A stretch of 63,300 nt of DNA, the filler included, from Hyphochytrium catenoides (Eukaryota > Protista > Hyphochytriomycota): NCBI GenBank assembly GCA_900088475.1. It is 9 parts of 9 records of this genome, joined end to end, with 100 filler letters (N's around TTAATTAATTAA, not from the genome) between each part and the next. Parts side by side here need not be neighbours in the genome. Positions count along the whole stretch, not along the records: positions 32,912 to 50,629 come from FLMG01000952.1; positions 50,730 to 55,568 come from FLMG01003158.1; positions 55,669 to 58,990 come from FLMG01004514.1; 6 more parts are not named here. The stretch is one strand, 5' to 3'. Shown here piece by piece: positions 43,741 through 56,907 of this stretch. A program made the position numbers and the translations under genes. Below the pieces are notes generated by a model that worked only from the letters and a program-made list of their open reading frames with translations, was not told the DNA's origin and ran no database searches. Position 1 is the first letter of the stretch, and every line of letters begins with the position of its first letter.

Positions 43741-45015
43741 GACAGACAGAGAGACAGACAGAGAGACAGAGAAAGACGGAGACAGAAGACACAAGGAAGG
43801 GAGAGAAAGACAGACAGACAGGGACAGACAGAGACAGAAGACACAGAGGGAGAGAGAGACAGACAGAGACAGAGAGACACAGAGATAAATAGGGAGGAGA
43901 TCGGAAGAGAGGCAGGACACGGGAGAGAGAACAGGAGAGAGTGACAGAGAGATGAGAGAGACAAGAAAGGAGAGAGAGACAAGCAAGAGAGACGAAGAGG
44001 ACGAAACGAAGGAGAGAGACACTGAGGGTCTTGTAAGGTGTTGCGTGGGGTCGCGTGTCCCTTCACCACCGTCCCTTCACAGGTCTTTCTCTCTCTCTTC
44101 TCTCTCTCTCTCTTCTCTCTCTCTTTCTTCCTCTCTCTCTCTCTCTGTCTCTCTCTTTCTCTCTCTGTCTCTCTCTTTCTCACTCTCTCTCTCTCTCTCA
44201 GCCTCACCTTCTCTAAGTGTCTCTCTTTCTCTCCCTGTCTCTCTCTCCTCTCTCTCTCTCTCCCTCCGTGGGGCTGTTAGACACACTCAGGAGAGACAGT
44301 TACGGCCGCTGTCTTCCGTTGCGCTGGACCTTCCCCTCTGTTTTGCCTCCCACATTGTCTGTTATTATCTATGGCCATTCAGCAGTTAAAGGGATCAAAA
44401 GGGTCATGATGGCTGTCAAGGATATAGATGTCTCGTCTTGAGATGTCTTCTCTCTCTCTCTTCTCTCTCTCTTTCTCTCTTGCTTTCTCTCTCTCTTCTC
44501 TCTCTCTCCCGCTGACGACTGCTGGGTTTCGGAACTCCCTCTGTCTTCCTTGTTCTCTCCTTTCTTGCTCACCTTCCACCTTCCCTTTTCCCCTATCTTT
44601 GGTCTCTCGTCAGCTCCCAATCTCCCACTCTCTTTTCTTCCATCACCATCCCTCCCAAGCTCTCTCGCTCTCTCTCGCTCTCTCTCACTCTCACTCTATC
44701 TCTCATCCTTTTCTGTCTCTCCTGAGTCCATGGGACCCTATCTCTCTCTTCTCCCTCCGTCGCCGTTTCCCTTCTTCCATCCTATTACTAATACATATTT
44801 CCTTGGACTGTCCCAAGGTGGAGAGGAGAGAGAGAGAGAGACACAGACGTTGTGCTCTCCCTGCTCTTCTCTTTTTCTTTCTTTCTCTCTCTCTTTCTTC
44901 TCACTCACACCGACATCCCCCCGCCTGGCTCCCTGCTGACAGGCGTCACTCGCCTAGGACTTCTTTCTGGGTAACGATGGGTCATGGCTCCTTGAAGGCT
45001 GTGATCTCTTACAAC

Positions 45016-45059
<44 letters not shown>

Positions 45060-45458
45060 GAGAAGAAAGAGAGAAAGACTGGCCAGTTATCCGTTATATA
45101 CTCCTCAGCCTCTTCTCTCTCCCTCGGCGGATGATGAAGGAGGGCTGTACCCTTCTTTTCTCCTCTCACCAGCCAAAAGGCTCGACGAGAAGAGAGAGAG
45201 AAAAAGAGGAGAGAAGAGAAAGAGAAGAGAAATCGGTTCTCACTTCTCTTTCCCTCGCATCTTCGAACTTCCTTCCCTGCTTCTCTATCGTCCAAATTTT
45301 TGCCTCAACTGACATCTCTTTCTTGCTTAGAAACCCTAGCACTTGGGCCTCACGCTCGGCGCCGTATTGACGTCTCTCTCCCTGCTCATTTTTCTCTACT
45401 TTTTCTCAACTGCATTGTCCTCTTTTTCTCAATAACGTGAGCTCTGTCTCTGTCTGGA

Positions 45459-47625
45459 TGATGATGCAGTTCAATGAGTCGCCGCTGCATTGGAAGATCC
45501 TCATCGCGCTGCAGTTGCTCTGGCTCTTCAGCACGCCAATCCGGAACGTGTATCTCTATACTTTGACAGTCAACTTCCTGCCTGTGACCGTGCACAAAGG
45601 CGCCAATGTAAGCTTCATTTCAGAGACAGAGTTCTTGACGTGCTCGGCTGTCTGGGCGATAAAAGACGGCCTTGGTGGGACGTTTGCCCGCATCCGACAC
45701 GGGAGCTGTGACGCTGATAGCTCTGGACAGTACCTGGTGGCTCATCCTCATGGATATCTGACGAACATGCTGAAGAGAGTGCTCTCTCTCTCTCCTGAGG
45801 CTCAGGTCAAGGTTGAGATTGACGTCCCAGAGCTCAAAGCTGCGTACTCTGCCTATCTTGGCAATGTCCTGAAAGAGTCCAACTATCTCTCGAAGGTAAA
45901 CAAGACCATGAACGATCCTCTCTCGTCGGCGCCGCTCACCTACTGGGGCAACTACCAAGGCTTCTATCTGGACGCCAACAAGGAGGTGGAAAGACTGAAA
46001 GAGGTCGTCCGGAGACTGAGATATGTGAAGACCTGGGAAGATCCGACCACGTCCTACGGCCGGCCGGTGATTCATGACAATGTCTTCCGTGTGGCAAGCT
46101 GCATGAATGAGACTACCGCCGCGGCGGCTGGTGGGGAGAGAGACTGCAAAGATCTTCTTCCCATGCAGGACATCGTGCGGAGCTTCGTGGGAACGGTGGA
46201 AGGCTACGCTTTCAATGCAGCGCTGGGCATGCCGTCTCTCTGCCAAGAGAAGAAGATGCTGCTAGATACACAGCGAGAAGCTTCTGCTTTCAATCCCAAT
46301 CTTCCAACCCCCCAAACGTTCCTTGCAGTCCTGATAGATCACTGAGCAGACGTCTCTCTCCTTTGCTTTCTCCTCTTTCTGCTGCATTCTCCTGCTCCGC
46401 TTTCTACAATCCCTAGGTCCTGGGCCTTGGTGCCGCTAACGAGGTGAGTATGAGCTCAGTGATCAAGGCTTGTCTCTTCGGACAGACGCAAAAGTGCCAG
46501 AACATCGTGCAGTACTCAAGGGACAACGTAGAAGCCGTGTACGCGTCTCTCAACTACCTTCTCATCTTCGTCCAGCACGCTCTATGGGCGTACGTCATGG
46601 CTTCTCTCTTCTGCAAGCTGCAGATGCTCAGAAAGTGCATCGCTGCCGGCATTGTCACCTCAAGCGAGCTATGGACCTGCAGGATGGGCTGTGCCCTTGA
46701 CATTTACTGTCAGCTGTACTACGCACTAGGCGCTGTTGGCCGCCTGGCTGTAGCAATGCCTATCGTTCTGAGCCTGGCCAACATGATCACCAGGACGTGC
46801 GATGCGCTTGCATTTGGAGAGGAGAGCCTGATAACCCAGTATAAAAGCTTGTATGAGGGAGCTGCGGACCACGAAGATGGCAGTCAACAGGGAGGAGAAG
46901 GGGGAGGAAGTAGTAGTCGTCTCAAGTTTGGAGAGGTGCTGAAGCTTCTCTTCTGGCTTGCGTTCTACAGCTCTCTGGCTGTGGAAGTCCTGACCACACC
47001 GAACGCCGTGATGGACCTTGCTTGGTACCGGCAGCGCTATCCCAGCATCATCCGCTCTTCCTTCCGCTTCGTGCTGACCTCTCTCTCTATGATAGCCTCT
47101 GCCACGCTTCTGCGCGGGACCACGCTCTTTGGCGTCCCAGTAGACAGCAACCTCTTAGCCATTGTTATCTTTATGCTCCTGGTGCAGGCCACTATAGGAC
47201 GGAACAAGGTTCTGAGGAAGAAGTTTCCAATCTCTGGCGCTGTGGGCGATTATCTATCGGCTGAAGGCGTTAAAGACGCCTTCCTGGTCGATGCTTCGCT
47301 GCAGCATCAGGAGACTGAGGGAAAGAGAAGAATAGGCACGAGGTTCGAGGTATTGGTCGCCTTTGCAGGCGTTTATCTATGGCCTCAGAGCTATGGAGCA
47401 GCCGTTATAGGCCCCAACTCGCTGCGCCACGCCGATGACGCCGATGAAGCAGCAGCAGGAGCGGGAGGAGGAAGCAACGGGTCAGAGACGGCCGTCTCTT
47501 CGTCAGCTGGAACTGCTGCTGAGACTAAGGAGCCAACCAGGACGGATGGAGAAGGGGAGAAACAGAAGAAGAAGGAGGCACCAGGGTCATCGTCGTCTTC
47601 TATAAAGGCAGGTTATCTCTATTAG
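45459..47625 (+). CDS. Multi-pass membrane protein of unknown function, probably two exons
   Basis: ORFs 45437-46345 and 46444-47625 are separated by a pyrimidine-rich stretch ending in CCCTAG (acceptor about 46416, phase 0). The donor is uncertain (possibly GCA|GTCCTG at 46328). One N-terminal TM, a Cys-containing luminal region, then about 5-6 TMs. Confidence 0.65.
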
Positions 47626-48483
47626 TGAGTCTAACTAAGCCCAAAGGCTGAATATACTGAGCGAGAAGAGCATCCCAGCCCGTAGATAGTCCTATAGCTC
47701 ACCATCGTCTAGCTGATAGCTTGCGCTTCTCGTCTTATGATAGAGCTCACAGTTATTCCTTGCAAGAAGCTGGACGATCCTTTGGCGTTGGTTGCAGGTC
47801 TTTCGCTTTGTTCGGCTGGCTATCAGACGCTTGAATCCTTTCTCTTCCAACTGCGCCCAGCAGTGTCACGGCTCGATCGAAAAACCTGTGTACCGCTGCC
47901 TCGGGCCCAGCTTTGCCACTCTCTCAAAAAGAGCCTCAGCCCTCGTCGTAGAGCTCAGTGCTTGGCCATAATGCTGAAAAGACGCACTTCCTCATGTGTA
48001 GAGCTATGGGTCTAGGGATGGAAAAGGATAGAATCCTTTCTGAACAGCTCTGGGAAGCAGAGAGTGGTGCCGTTCTTGAGCAGAAAGGAATGTATCTCAG
48101 AGAGTGTGAGGCGTTCCTAGTGAAGATATAGCTCCTGCTCTCCCATGCTAAACGTGGACGAAGGACTAGCACTTGCTACTGTCAGGCCAGCTCCCAACCC
48201 CATCCACACCAGGCCGGACACAGATTGGTCTTGTGAGGCCATGAAGACGACGAAGAGATAGTGGCCGGTAGCTCCTAACCAGAGAGCAGAGGCTCACGGC
48301 AGCTGCGAAGGCTTGCAGGGAGCTGATGATGAGATGACAGATGCGTTCTATAGCTCTTCCTGCGGCAGTACAAAGTGGCAGGATGAGATAATGAAGTTCC
48401 CTACTAAGTACTATAAAGCCTAACTATGCCAAGCTATGCAGGTGAGCTGCAGAAGACGAAGAAGAGGGATGTATGCTCCAAGG

Positions 48484-48514
<31 letters not shown>

Positions 48515-48584
48515 CAGAGAGAGAGACAGAGAGAGAGACAGAGGGAGAGACAGAAAGAGAAAGAGAGAGTGAGACAGAGAGAGT

Positions 48585-48649
<65 letters not shown>

Positions 48650-49629
48650 AGAAAGAGGGAGAGAGAGACAGAGAAAAGAGTGACAGGCGCTCATTCGCAG
48701 AGTCACCAAGAGATGCATCGTCCTAAAGGACTGAATCGACAGGTATAAATGGTGGTCAGGTGGGAAGGGAAGTCGGGAAAGAGAAAGAGTTTCACCAGGA
48801 GAAGCAAGAACATACTCCTCAGAAGAAGGACAGAAATATAGATAAAGAGAAGAGTTCTCAACCTCTCACCGCCTGCCTATCTGTGGACATGAGCCTAGCC
48901 TGCAGCTGAGACCGGATAGTGGCCTAGTCAGTAGAGCAACGAGTGTTAGGCAGTAGACGCCGCTGTTAGGTGCAGGCTCTGGCAGAATAAGCTGAAGAAG
49001 GCTCTCTCTATAGACGATGTCCTGACCACTCCGAAAGTGACGACGGTCACAACCATGCATGCCCCTTAACCTGTTAAATGCCGTGGTTCCCAAGCTCATG
49101 GCTGCTGTTTCCATGGGATTCTATTGAAGGCTGCTCTCTTGATGAAGCTGTGGCGACACCCGTTAGCACCTTGCAAGGACATGCCGATGGCACAATAGCA
49201 ACCTCTTTGGCTCTAATGCCACTCGTTCGGATGCTGCCAGGAGCAGCATGTGAAGGGCAGAGAAGCTTATCCTGAAGATGTGCGTACGAGAGCCTCTATT
49301 CATCCTAGTCTCAACGGGCTACCACGGTGGGGCGTGTTTCTCCTATTATTATAAAGGTAGCTAGTAGAGGGCGCGCAAGAGCCAGAGGTCTACACATTGA
49401 AGCCTGATGAAGAAAGGAAGGGCAGCGATCTAGAGCTCGAAGGGCAGGCAACCGGTGACGTGCGCCACAGCTTCTTACCTACTAGGACTAGGCTTAGCCT
49501 TTGAAAGGTATGGCGGCGTTATCTTTTTACTAGTGCTATTGAAGTCAGTGCGCTATCTGTCAAAGAGGAGTCATCCATGTGGACAGCAGATCGGGCTCAA
49601 GATGGCTGGTAAGACTTCCTACTTCTCAT

Positions 49630-50589
49630 TCAAGGGCTTGCACCGCAGCTGCTGCAGTATTGACCAGTTCCATTGCTGATCCTGCATCGCGTGCAGAACC
49701 AGCCGTCAATCAGGGAAAGCGCCATTTGTTCCCCCTCTGCCTGTATCTTAGCTTGTATGTAAGCTGCGTCCAGTCTCTCTCTTTGACCTGCAGCAATGAT
49801 AGCGTTGAACTGCTGGGTCAGCGCGTTGTCTCGTGATAATGGCATCATTTCCCTCTCCAGCTTGAAAGGAAGCTGGATCTTTAGCCGGTTGCAGGTGCTG
49901 CTGTACTCTCCGAAGGACTCGTCCGGGTTCATCAGTAAAATGTAGAAGAGAAAGTCGTACGCTCCTTTCCGAGTGAGTATAGGGATACGTGCCTGCGTGA
50001 CCACGCCAGGGATGGTCACCAAGCCCAAGACGGGTGTTGGCGGTCCTGTTTGCGTTTGAATGACAGTGACATACTCAATATTCAGTCCTTTGTAGAGGGC
50101 CTCCAAGTCCTCGGGAGTGCCAGTGTCTCCCATAGCATTATTATACTTCTGTGGCTCCCAGTAGCCGCTTCGATAAGGCGACAGTGACGCGTCGACGGCA
50201 GTGAAAAAGATGTCAAAGAACTGGTTGAATAGCGCCGTGGGTCGGCGGTGACTGTCGACAAAAGAAGAAGAAGGCCCGGAGTACTGCTGAGCTGTTGCAC
50301 GCAGAGGATGGCTGCTACTATTATGATGTTGCTGCTGGGTTGGTGGTGGTGGTGGATACGCCATCGGCGCCCCGGCAGTAGCAGCAGGAGCTGCAGCCGA
50401 AGTAGTCACGCTAAGTGCAGGCGGTGCTGAGGGGATGATGGTGGTGCTAGCGCCGGCCGCTGCTGATAGAGAGGCGTTATTCTTGGCCACCCTCGTCCCA
50501 CAGTTCGGGCAGAAGTTGGGCACCGCATTAGCAGCTTCTCCTCCTGCTGCTGCTGCGACGCTGTATGAGCAGGACTGGCACGTCCACAT
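49630..50589 (-). CDS. Protein with N-terminal zinc ribbon, Pro/Ala linker, conserved-looking central domain and C-terminal RanBP2-like zinc finger
   Basis: Intronless, 319 aa. WTCQSC..NFCPNCG; FNQFFDIFFTAVD..GYWEPQKY..IPILTRKG..NPDE; WFCTRCRISN..YCSSCG. Confidence 0.8.
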   Translation of the reverse strand: MWTCQSCSYSVAAAAGGEAANAVPNFCPNCGTRVAKNNASLSAAAGASTTIIPSAPPALSVTTSAAAPAATAGAPMAYPPPPPTQQQHHNSSSHPLRATAQQYSGPSSSFVDSHRRPTALFNQFFDIFFTAVDASLSPYRSGYWEPQKYNNAMGDTGTPEDLEALYKGLNIEYVTVIQTQTGPPTPVLGLVTIPGVVTQARIPILTRKGAYDFLFYILLMNPDESFGEYSSTCNRLKIQLPFKLEREMMPLSRDNALTQQFNAIIAAGQRERLDAAYIQAKIQAEGEQMALSLIDGWFCTRCRISNGTGQYCSSCGASP

Positions 50590-52640
50590 GACGACGATGA
50601 TAATAACCTCTTCTTCTGTTGCTGACGGCNNNNNNNNNNNNNNNNNNNNNNNNNNNNNNNNNNNNNNNNNNNNTTAATTAATTAANNNNNNNNNNNNNNN
50701 NNNNNNNNNNNNNNNNNNNNNNNNNNNNNCGCAGAAAGACAGAGAAACAGGAGACAAAGAGTGAAAGAGACAGAGAGAGAGAGAGAGACAGAGAGAGATG
50801 CGAGAGAAGTAGAGAATTTGCAAAATTGTATTAAGCAAAGAAGAGAGAGGGCGGTTGAGGCCTGGGTTAGAGTCCCTACCGTCACAGACGAGGAGGAGGT
50901 CGCAATCACCGTCAGAAAGGTGGGAGACAGAGGAAGAGTAGAGAGAGTTGTCTCTGCCTCTCTCTCTTCGGCGGACTAGAACTGAACCTTTTTGAACATC
51001 GTTCATCGTCTTCCCCTCTAAGGTCCCTACATAGCAAGAGTAGATGGGGTTAGGGAGCAGAAAAGTTGTGGGTTCCTAGAGGGATGACCCGCAGAAGGAC
51101 TCGACAGGGTAGGCATAGAAGAAAGAAAGAGAAAGAGAGAGAGAATGAGAAAGAGAGAGAGAATGAGAAAGAGAGAGAATGAGAAAGAGAGAGAGAGAGA
51201 GAGAGAGAGAAANNNNNNNNNNNNNNNNNNNNNNNNNNNNGAGAGAGAGAGAGAGAGAGAGAGGGGAGAGTGGGAAAGAGAGAGATCGCTGGAGAGAGGT
51301 TACCTATTTGGAAGGGAGCAGAGGACCACAAGCGGCTCCGAAGCGCCAAGAGAGGCTAGTCTCTCCCTAGCCCGGCCTCTCCCTTCTAGACAACAGACAT
51401 CGCCCGAGGACGAGGCAGAAGCCGGGTAGAGGAAAGGTCCATCTTTATCTCCTCCAGTCTCCGTCCGTAGGCTGCTAACCTTCGGCTCCTGCAGCGACGG
51501 TGGACGGAGGGGAGCCCGGCCTGTGCGTCGGACGGAAGGTTACTCTCCATCCTCCTTTCTCCTTCTTCCTCTCTTCGCGCTCCTGAGCTCCAGGCTGCAC
51601 TCCAAGCTCTTGTGCCTCTGTCTGTGTCTCTCTCTGTTCGCTGTCTCTCTCTTCTGTCTCTTATCATCACTCTCTCTCTCTCTTCTGTCTCTTATCATCC
51701 TTCTTTCTCTCACTCTCTCTGTCTGTCTCTTTGTCTGAAAATCTTTACCCGGAGATCTTCAGAATCTCTCACCCAGCCCTATAAAATCCATCGTACGTAC
51801 ATGTAGTGCCGAACTTCGTTGTGAATATACTCCGTAGTAGATTATTTAGCGTTGCTGACTGTACAGATTGCCGTTAGCCGCTAACAGAGCAAGACAGATA
51901 ACCTCCAGGAGCGGAAACAACCAAACGTCATCACCACTCGCTTCTTTCTGCTGAAGCGCAGCAGCGCTCCTACCGCTGGTGCCGCTGCTGCGCGCCGCCA
52001 CCACCAATCGTCGTCACCTTCTCCCGCCCCTGCAGTCGCCGACGTCCTCCTACTTGCCGGTACTTCTGCTTCTTTCTATTACTCCGAGAGAGGGTTATAC
52101 TACTGTTTCTGTGCAACCCTTGAAGAATGTAAAACTCTCCGATGAAAAGAGAACAACTTCGTCAACCTCCTCCTCTTCGCTTCTTCTTCATCATCAAGAG
52201 CACTTATTAGCTCTTTTTTTTTTTGGCAGCAGAAGCCGACATATTGTGTCCCATCATGCGTCAATTACTTCCCGGATGAGGTTCTAGAGTAAGTACGTTT
52301 TTGAGAAAGAAACTTCCATGATGCTGAAAAGCCCTGCGGCCATGGACGCGTCATCAAACTTTGCGGCGGGCAAATTGTGGGTAAGAATGTCCCCAAACAC
52401 ACGGCGGCATCAGAACACCAGGTTCACGGTGAATTTTGAGCATGGAGTCGCACTTATTGCCTCCTTTTTCATTGAGCTCTGCAATGATGGCAACGAGGAC
52501 GGTGGCGGCTGCAGGAGCTGAAGGAAGTGACAATAAGGATGATCGATAATACTTCTTCACCGGGAGGCAGAACAAAGCAACAACAGCCGCGTTAGAACGA
52601 CGCTCCCCTGCTGATGGCGGCGGAGGGGTTGCTGTATGTA

Positions 52641-53067
52641 GAAGGGCGGCCCCACAGGTGGATCACTACCAAAATCCCAATAGCTTTTAGGTGGTTATGA
52701 AATATTTAGTGCTTCAAACACCATTTTAATCCTCTCGCTGAGCTCTTTCCGACGATCCCGGTCGATTGTAAAACTTCGTCTTGGTTGTTGAGATATAATC
52801 AATTAGATTTATTAGTAAATGTATGGGAAACCTTCACAAGTGGATCACGAAAGAAACATAGATTTCAAGCTGAGTATGGGGGAAGGATGTCAGTGAGTGG
52901 CATAACGCAATATAATAAGGTATTCAGTCTGTAAAATACCTTATGTTCAAACGAGGAGGAAGAAATCTGTCAGCAGCCAGAAAGGTCTTACTGAAATGAA
53001 GTCTAGAAAATAATTATTTTGTTGATCCACGTGTGGGAGGAGTGATCCACTTGTGAGGGCGCCCTTC
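52641..53067. mobile_element. MITE / non-autonomous Tc1-mariner-type DNA transposon (427 bp)
   Basis: Left TA|GAAGGGCGGCCCCACAGGTGGATCACT; right AGTGATCCACTTGTGAGGGCGCCCTTC|TA (24/27 inverted match). TA on both flanks, AT-rich non-coding interior. Confidence 0.85.
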
Positions 53068-54084
53068 TAGGTATGGCTTTTTGCCACTTGAGACATCCAA
53101 AGTAAGTTCATGGGCACGCTAGTCAGTTATCAAGCCTCTGATCTCACTTAAATGATCTTTGTTGGGGTGATGGATGATGGGAAAGGGAAGTTCAACTAGC
53201 GCTCACCCACCCCCTGTCACCCCAACCTAGCTCACAGTAGTAAACCCACATGTCCTATGTGGTTGATGACGTTCGGCCGATACCACTTCGAGACTGCTCA
53301 CACACATCTAACCTCCAATCGTGCGTACTGCGGTAGTGTCCGAAAAGCCTCCCACCCATCCTCCCATCCCCAAAAGTCATGACCTATCTTTTCCTTCACT
53401 TTCTTGGCGACAATCAGGGGAGGCCCTGTTTCCTGTTTCCTACTTCTCTCTCTCTTTCTCTCTTTTTCTCTCCTTCTCTCTGTCTCTCTCTCTGTCTCTC
53501 TNNNNNNNNNNNNNNNNNNNNNNNNNNNNNNNNNNNNNNNNNNNNNNNNNNNNNNNNNNNNNNNNNNNNNNNNNNNNTCTTGTCTTTCTTCTCTCCTCTA
53601 TTAGGTCAAGCAGCAGGGCATCAGTTCATTATGCTCGCCCATCACCCCCCTCCCTCCCGGCCCCGTGAGGATGCGATGCTACTGATCAAGGAGTTTCCCT
53701 TCTCTGCTTATCTATTTCTCTCTCTCTCCCCAGTATTCCCTGTCTGTGTCTCTCTCTTTCCCATGCTCATTCTGATGGTCCTCTCCTTGGTTCATGCATG
53801 ATATAGAATGCCGCCAACATAGAAGACTATCAAGATAGAGAGGAAAGCGAGGTAGAGGACAGAGAGAGAGCCAATGACGAGAGCAACATTCACGAGGAAA
53901 GCAGCGTAAACCCTGCCCTTCCCATCTTTCGCGTACTGTCTCTCTCTTGCCATTCGCCAATTTCCTCTCTTCTCGCTTGTGACGCCGCCATCCTTCTAAG
54001 GGCAAAAGCGGAAGACAAGGTTCAGAGGCAAGGGCGCGGAAGAGAAAGGAGAGAGAACCAGTAGGAAAAGCTCTAATATTAACT

Positions 54085-55568
54085 ATGAGAGAACGCGTGA
54101 AGAAGTCGAGCGATGATCTCAAGCAGCAGAATGCTGCCCCAACTTCTCTCTCTCTTGCCTCTTCTGCCGGAGGATCGATGCTCTATCCTAAGCTAGTCTT
54201 TATGTTCTACTACGGCGGCATGGCCCTTGTTGCTCCTTATTTTAATCTCTTCTATAAGTCGAAAGGGTTGTCAGGACAGCAGATTGGCATTCTTCTCTCT
54301 CTCTCTCCATTTATTGGTATGGTGGCAGCGCCTACTCTCTCTGCTCTGGCAGACAGAAGTGGCAAGCGACAGCTTGTTCTCTCTCTCTGCATCGTTATCT
54401 CCTGCTCGATGCGCGTGGTGCAGAGCATGACGAACGATTTCTATCAGTTGATGCTGCTCGTGGTCTGTGGAGAGCTTGCTGGATCAGGAGTGGGGCCTAT
54501 CATCGATGCCAGTACGTATTGACCTCTTTCTTTCTCTCTCTGTCTCTCTTGCTCTCTGTCTCCTCCTATTTCTCTCTCTCTCTCTTTCGCTGTCTCTCTC
54601 TCTCTCTCTCCCTCTGTGTTTCTCTTCCTCTCTCTGACCCTCTGTAGAATGGCTCTTTCTCTCTCACTTCTCTGGGTTGGTCTCACTTTGGATCGCTAAA
54701 ACGAGGGCCATGGTCTTTCTCTCTCTTCATTATCTGGTCCCTTTCTTGATGTATGCTGAGTCCTCTTCATGAGAAAGGCTCCTTTCCACCCATTGTCTCT
54801 TTTGGATGATTATACCTCTTAACGTTTTCTTTGTTTTCCTCTCTCTCCGTATCTCGCTCCTTTCTCTCTCACTCTCTATCACACACTCTCACACGCTCTC
54901 TCTCTCTCTCTTTCTCTCTCACTTTCTCTATTCTAAGTCACGTACAGCCTATTAGATAACCCTGAAGACTATGGAAAGTCCCGTCTCTTTGCCTCCATTG
55001 GCTGGGGCGGACTAGCTCCGTTAGCTGGGAGCATCATCGCGAGAGAAGGAGTGGAGAAAATGTTCCCTATCCAGGCCATTGTTCTCTCTCTGGCCATCTT
55101 CTTCGTCATGAGGTAGGAAAGAAGAGAGAGAGAAAAGAGGGACAATGTCTCAGTGTGTCTCTCTCATCCTCTCTCTCTCAGTCTCTCTCGGTCTTGCTCT
55201 CTCTCTCTCTGAGTGCGTCTGTGTCTCTCTCCTCTATTGATTCGACATCATCAGGGAATCGCAGACGTGGCCAACACGGCGTGTGTCCCTCTCTCTTTCT
55301 TCTTGCGAGTTCGGTCCCTGCCTCTCATGGCTCTCTCTCTCTCTCTCTTCCCTTCGTTACCTCTCTCTTGCTTTTCCGTTCTCTCTCCCTCTCTCTCCTT
55401 CATATCTGCCTCTCTATCTGCCAGAATCCCCTCATCCAAGCCAAAGCCTCCGACGAGCCCAACGTCCTCAGCCTCGCCGGCAGTAGATGGTAGGGCAGGA
55501 GAAGCTCCTCCAGCTCCACAGGCAGGACTTGTCGCAGAGCTGCTCCCCATCGTCAGAAAGCCAACCAA
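54085..55568 (+). CDS. MFS transporter, MFSD6 / MFS_1_like type; 3' end cut by scaffold end
   Basis: Exons 54085-54511, 54938-55112 and 55425-end. Motifs: KLVFMFYYGG..PYFNLFYKSKGLSGQQIG, SALADRSGKR, PIIDAITY, DYGKSRLFASIGWG. Confidence 0.88.
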
Positions 55569-56218
55569 NNNNNNNNNNNNNNNNNNNNNNNNNNNNNNNN
55601 NNNNNNNNNNNNTTAATTAATTAANNNNNNNNNNNNNNNNNNNNNNNNNNNNNNNNNNNNNNNNNNNNCAAATGTTAGGGTCGCATTAATCACTTGACGC
55701 TAGCATAGTTATAGGGCCTGATCCCGATTTACCTACTAGGAAGTTCCCTCTGCTTGAGAGCTACCGAGGAGAGTCTTAGCCTTTCTCTGACCAGTGATCT
55801 AGGGTTTATCAAGCAGCAGCAGCAGAAACACAGAAGGATATCAGAGACTGAGAGACCCTGTACTCTCATGAGAGCTCTGTCTCTTACTCACTCCTTCCTT
55901 GCAGCACGGATTATGATGTCACTCATAGGCACACTCTGGTTTGGAACAGAAGGAGTCGCTACTATTAGGCTTTCTCTACCTCTCTTCCTCGCCCCCCTTT
56001 TACTTCTTTCTCTTCTCTAAGGTGGCGTTTTCTTCAAGAAGTGGTTGCACCAAGAGACAGCTCCCAGCTACATTCTTGGTATGTATATTCAATAAAATAA
56101 AGAATCTGTAGTGTAAACGCAGAAAGCAAATAGAGTGATGTTAGTTCTATGTTCTCTCCATCTATTTATCTTTCTTCTCTCTTGCTCTCTTTGCCGCCCT
56201 ACCCCTTCTCCTCTCTGT

Positions 56219-56691
56219 TTGACCCATTATTCTCAACTCGATCCTTCCTCCAGCAGCGTTCTCTCTCTTGCTATGTATGTTCATAGAGGAAGCCGCCCCC
56301 CTCTTCCTTATTTCCTTCTCATTCTTCCCCACTTCAACACAGCTTCTCTGACAAAGAGACATGGAGAAGAGGAATGACGAGAGGAAGAAGAGAATAAGAA
56401 GAGAACGACAGAAAAGGATGAATAATAGCGCGAGAGAGAGAGGAAGAGAGATTGACTCATCATTCTCAGCTCGATCCTTCCTCCAGCAGCGTTCTCTCTC
56501 TTGCTATGTATGTTCATAGAGGAAGCCGCTCCCTCTCTTCCTTATTTCCTTCTCATTCTTCCCCACTTCAACACAGCTTCTCTGACAAAGTGACATGGAG
56601 AGGAGGAATGATGAGAGGAAGAAGAGAAGAAGAAGAATAAGAGAAAGACAGAAAAGGATGAATAGTAGCGCGCGAGAGAGAGGAAGAGAGA
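56219..56691. repeat. Direct tandem duplication, two copies of about 233 bp
   Basis: Copies start at about 56219 and 56452 (TTGACYCATYATTCTCARCTCGATCCTTCCTCCAGCAGCG...) with scattered substitutions. Confidence 0.9.
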
Positions 56692-56907
56692 CTAAACAAA
56701 GCTGACACAGTAGGTTGGATTTACTTCCTGCGTTTCTCTTCTTCTTCTCCTTCTTCCCTTCGTAGACCTAGCTCGCCCTCCACCATCTCTCCTCGTAAAG
56801 TCGCTCTCTCTTTCATTCTTTTGCTCTTCATGGATTATGGCTTTAGCAATCGGAAAGAAAAGAAAGAGACAAAGGAAGAATTGAAAGAGCGGAGATTTTT
56901 CTTGTTG

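Noticed and set aside
50865-50890. tRNA T-arm-like GGGTTAGAGTCCC..CCGTCACA
   Set aside because: There is no matching 5' acceptor strand, D arm or anticodon arm.
53240-53350. Hammerhead-ribozyme-like TGATGA..GA motif next to a hairpin
   Set aside because: The core is TTGATGA/GATAC rather than CTGATGA/GAAAC, and the three stems cannot be formed.
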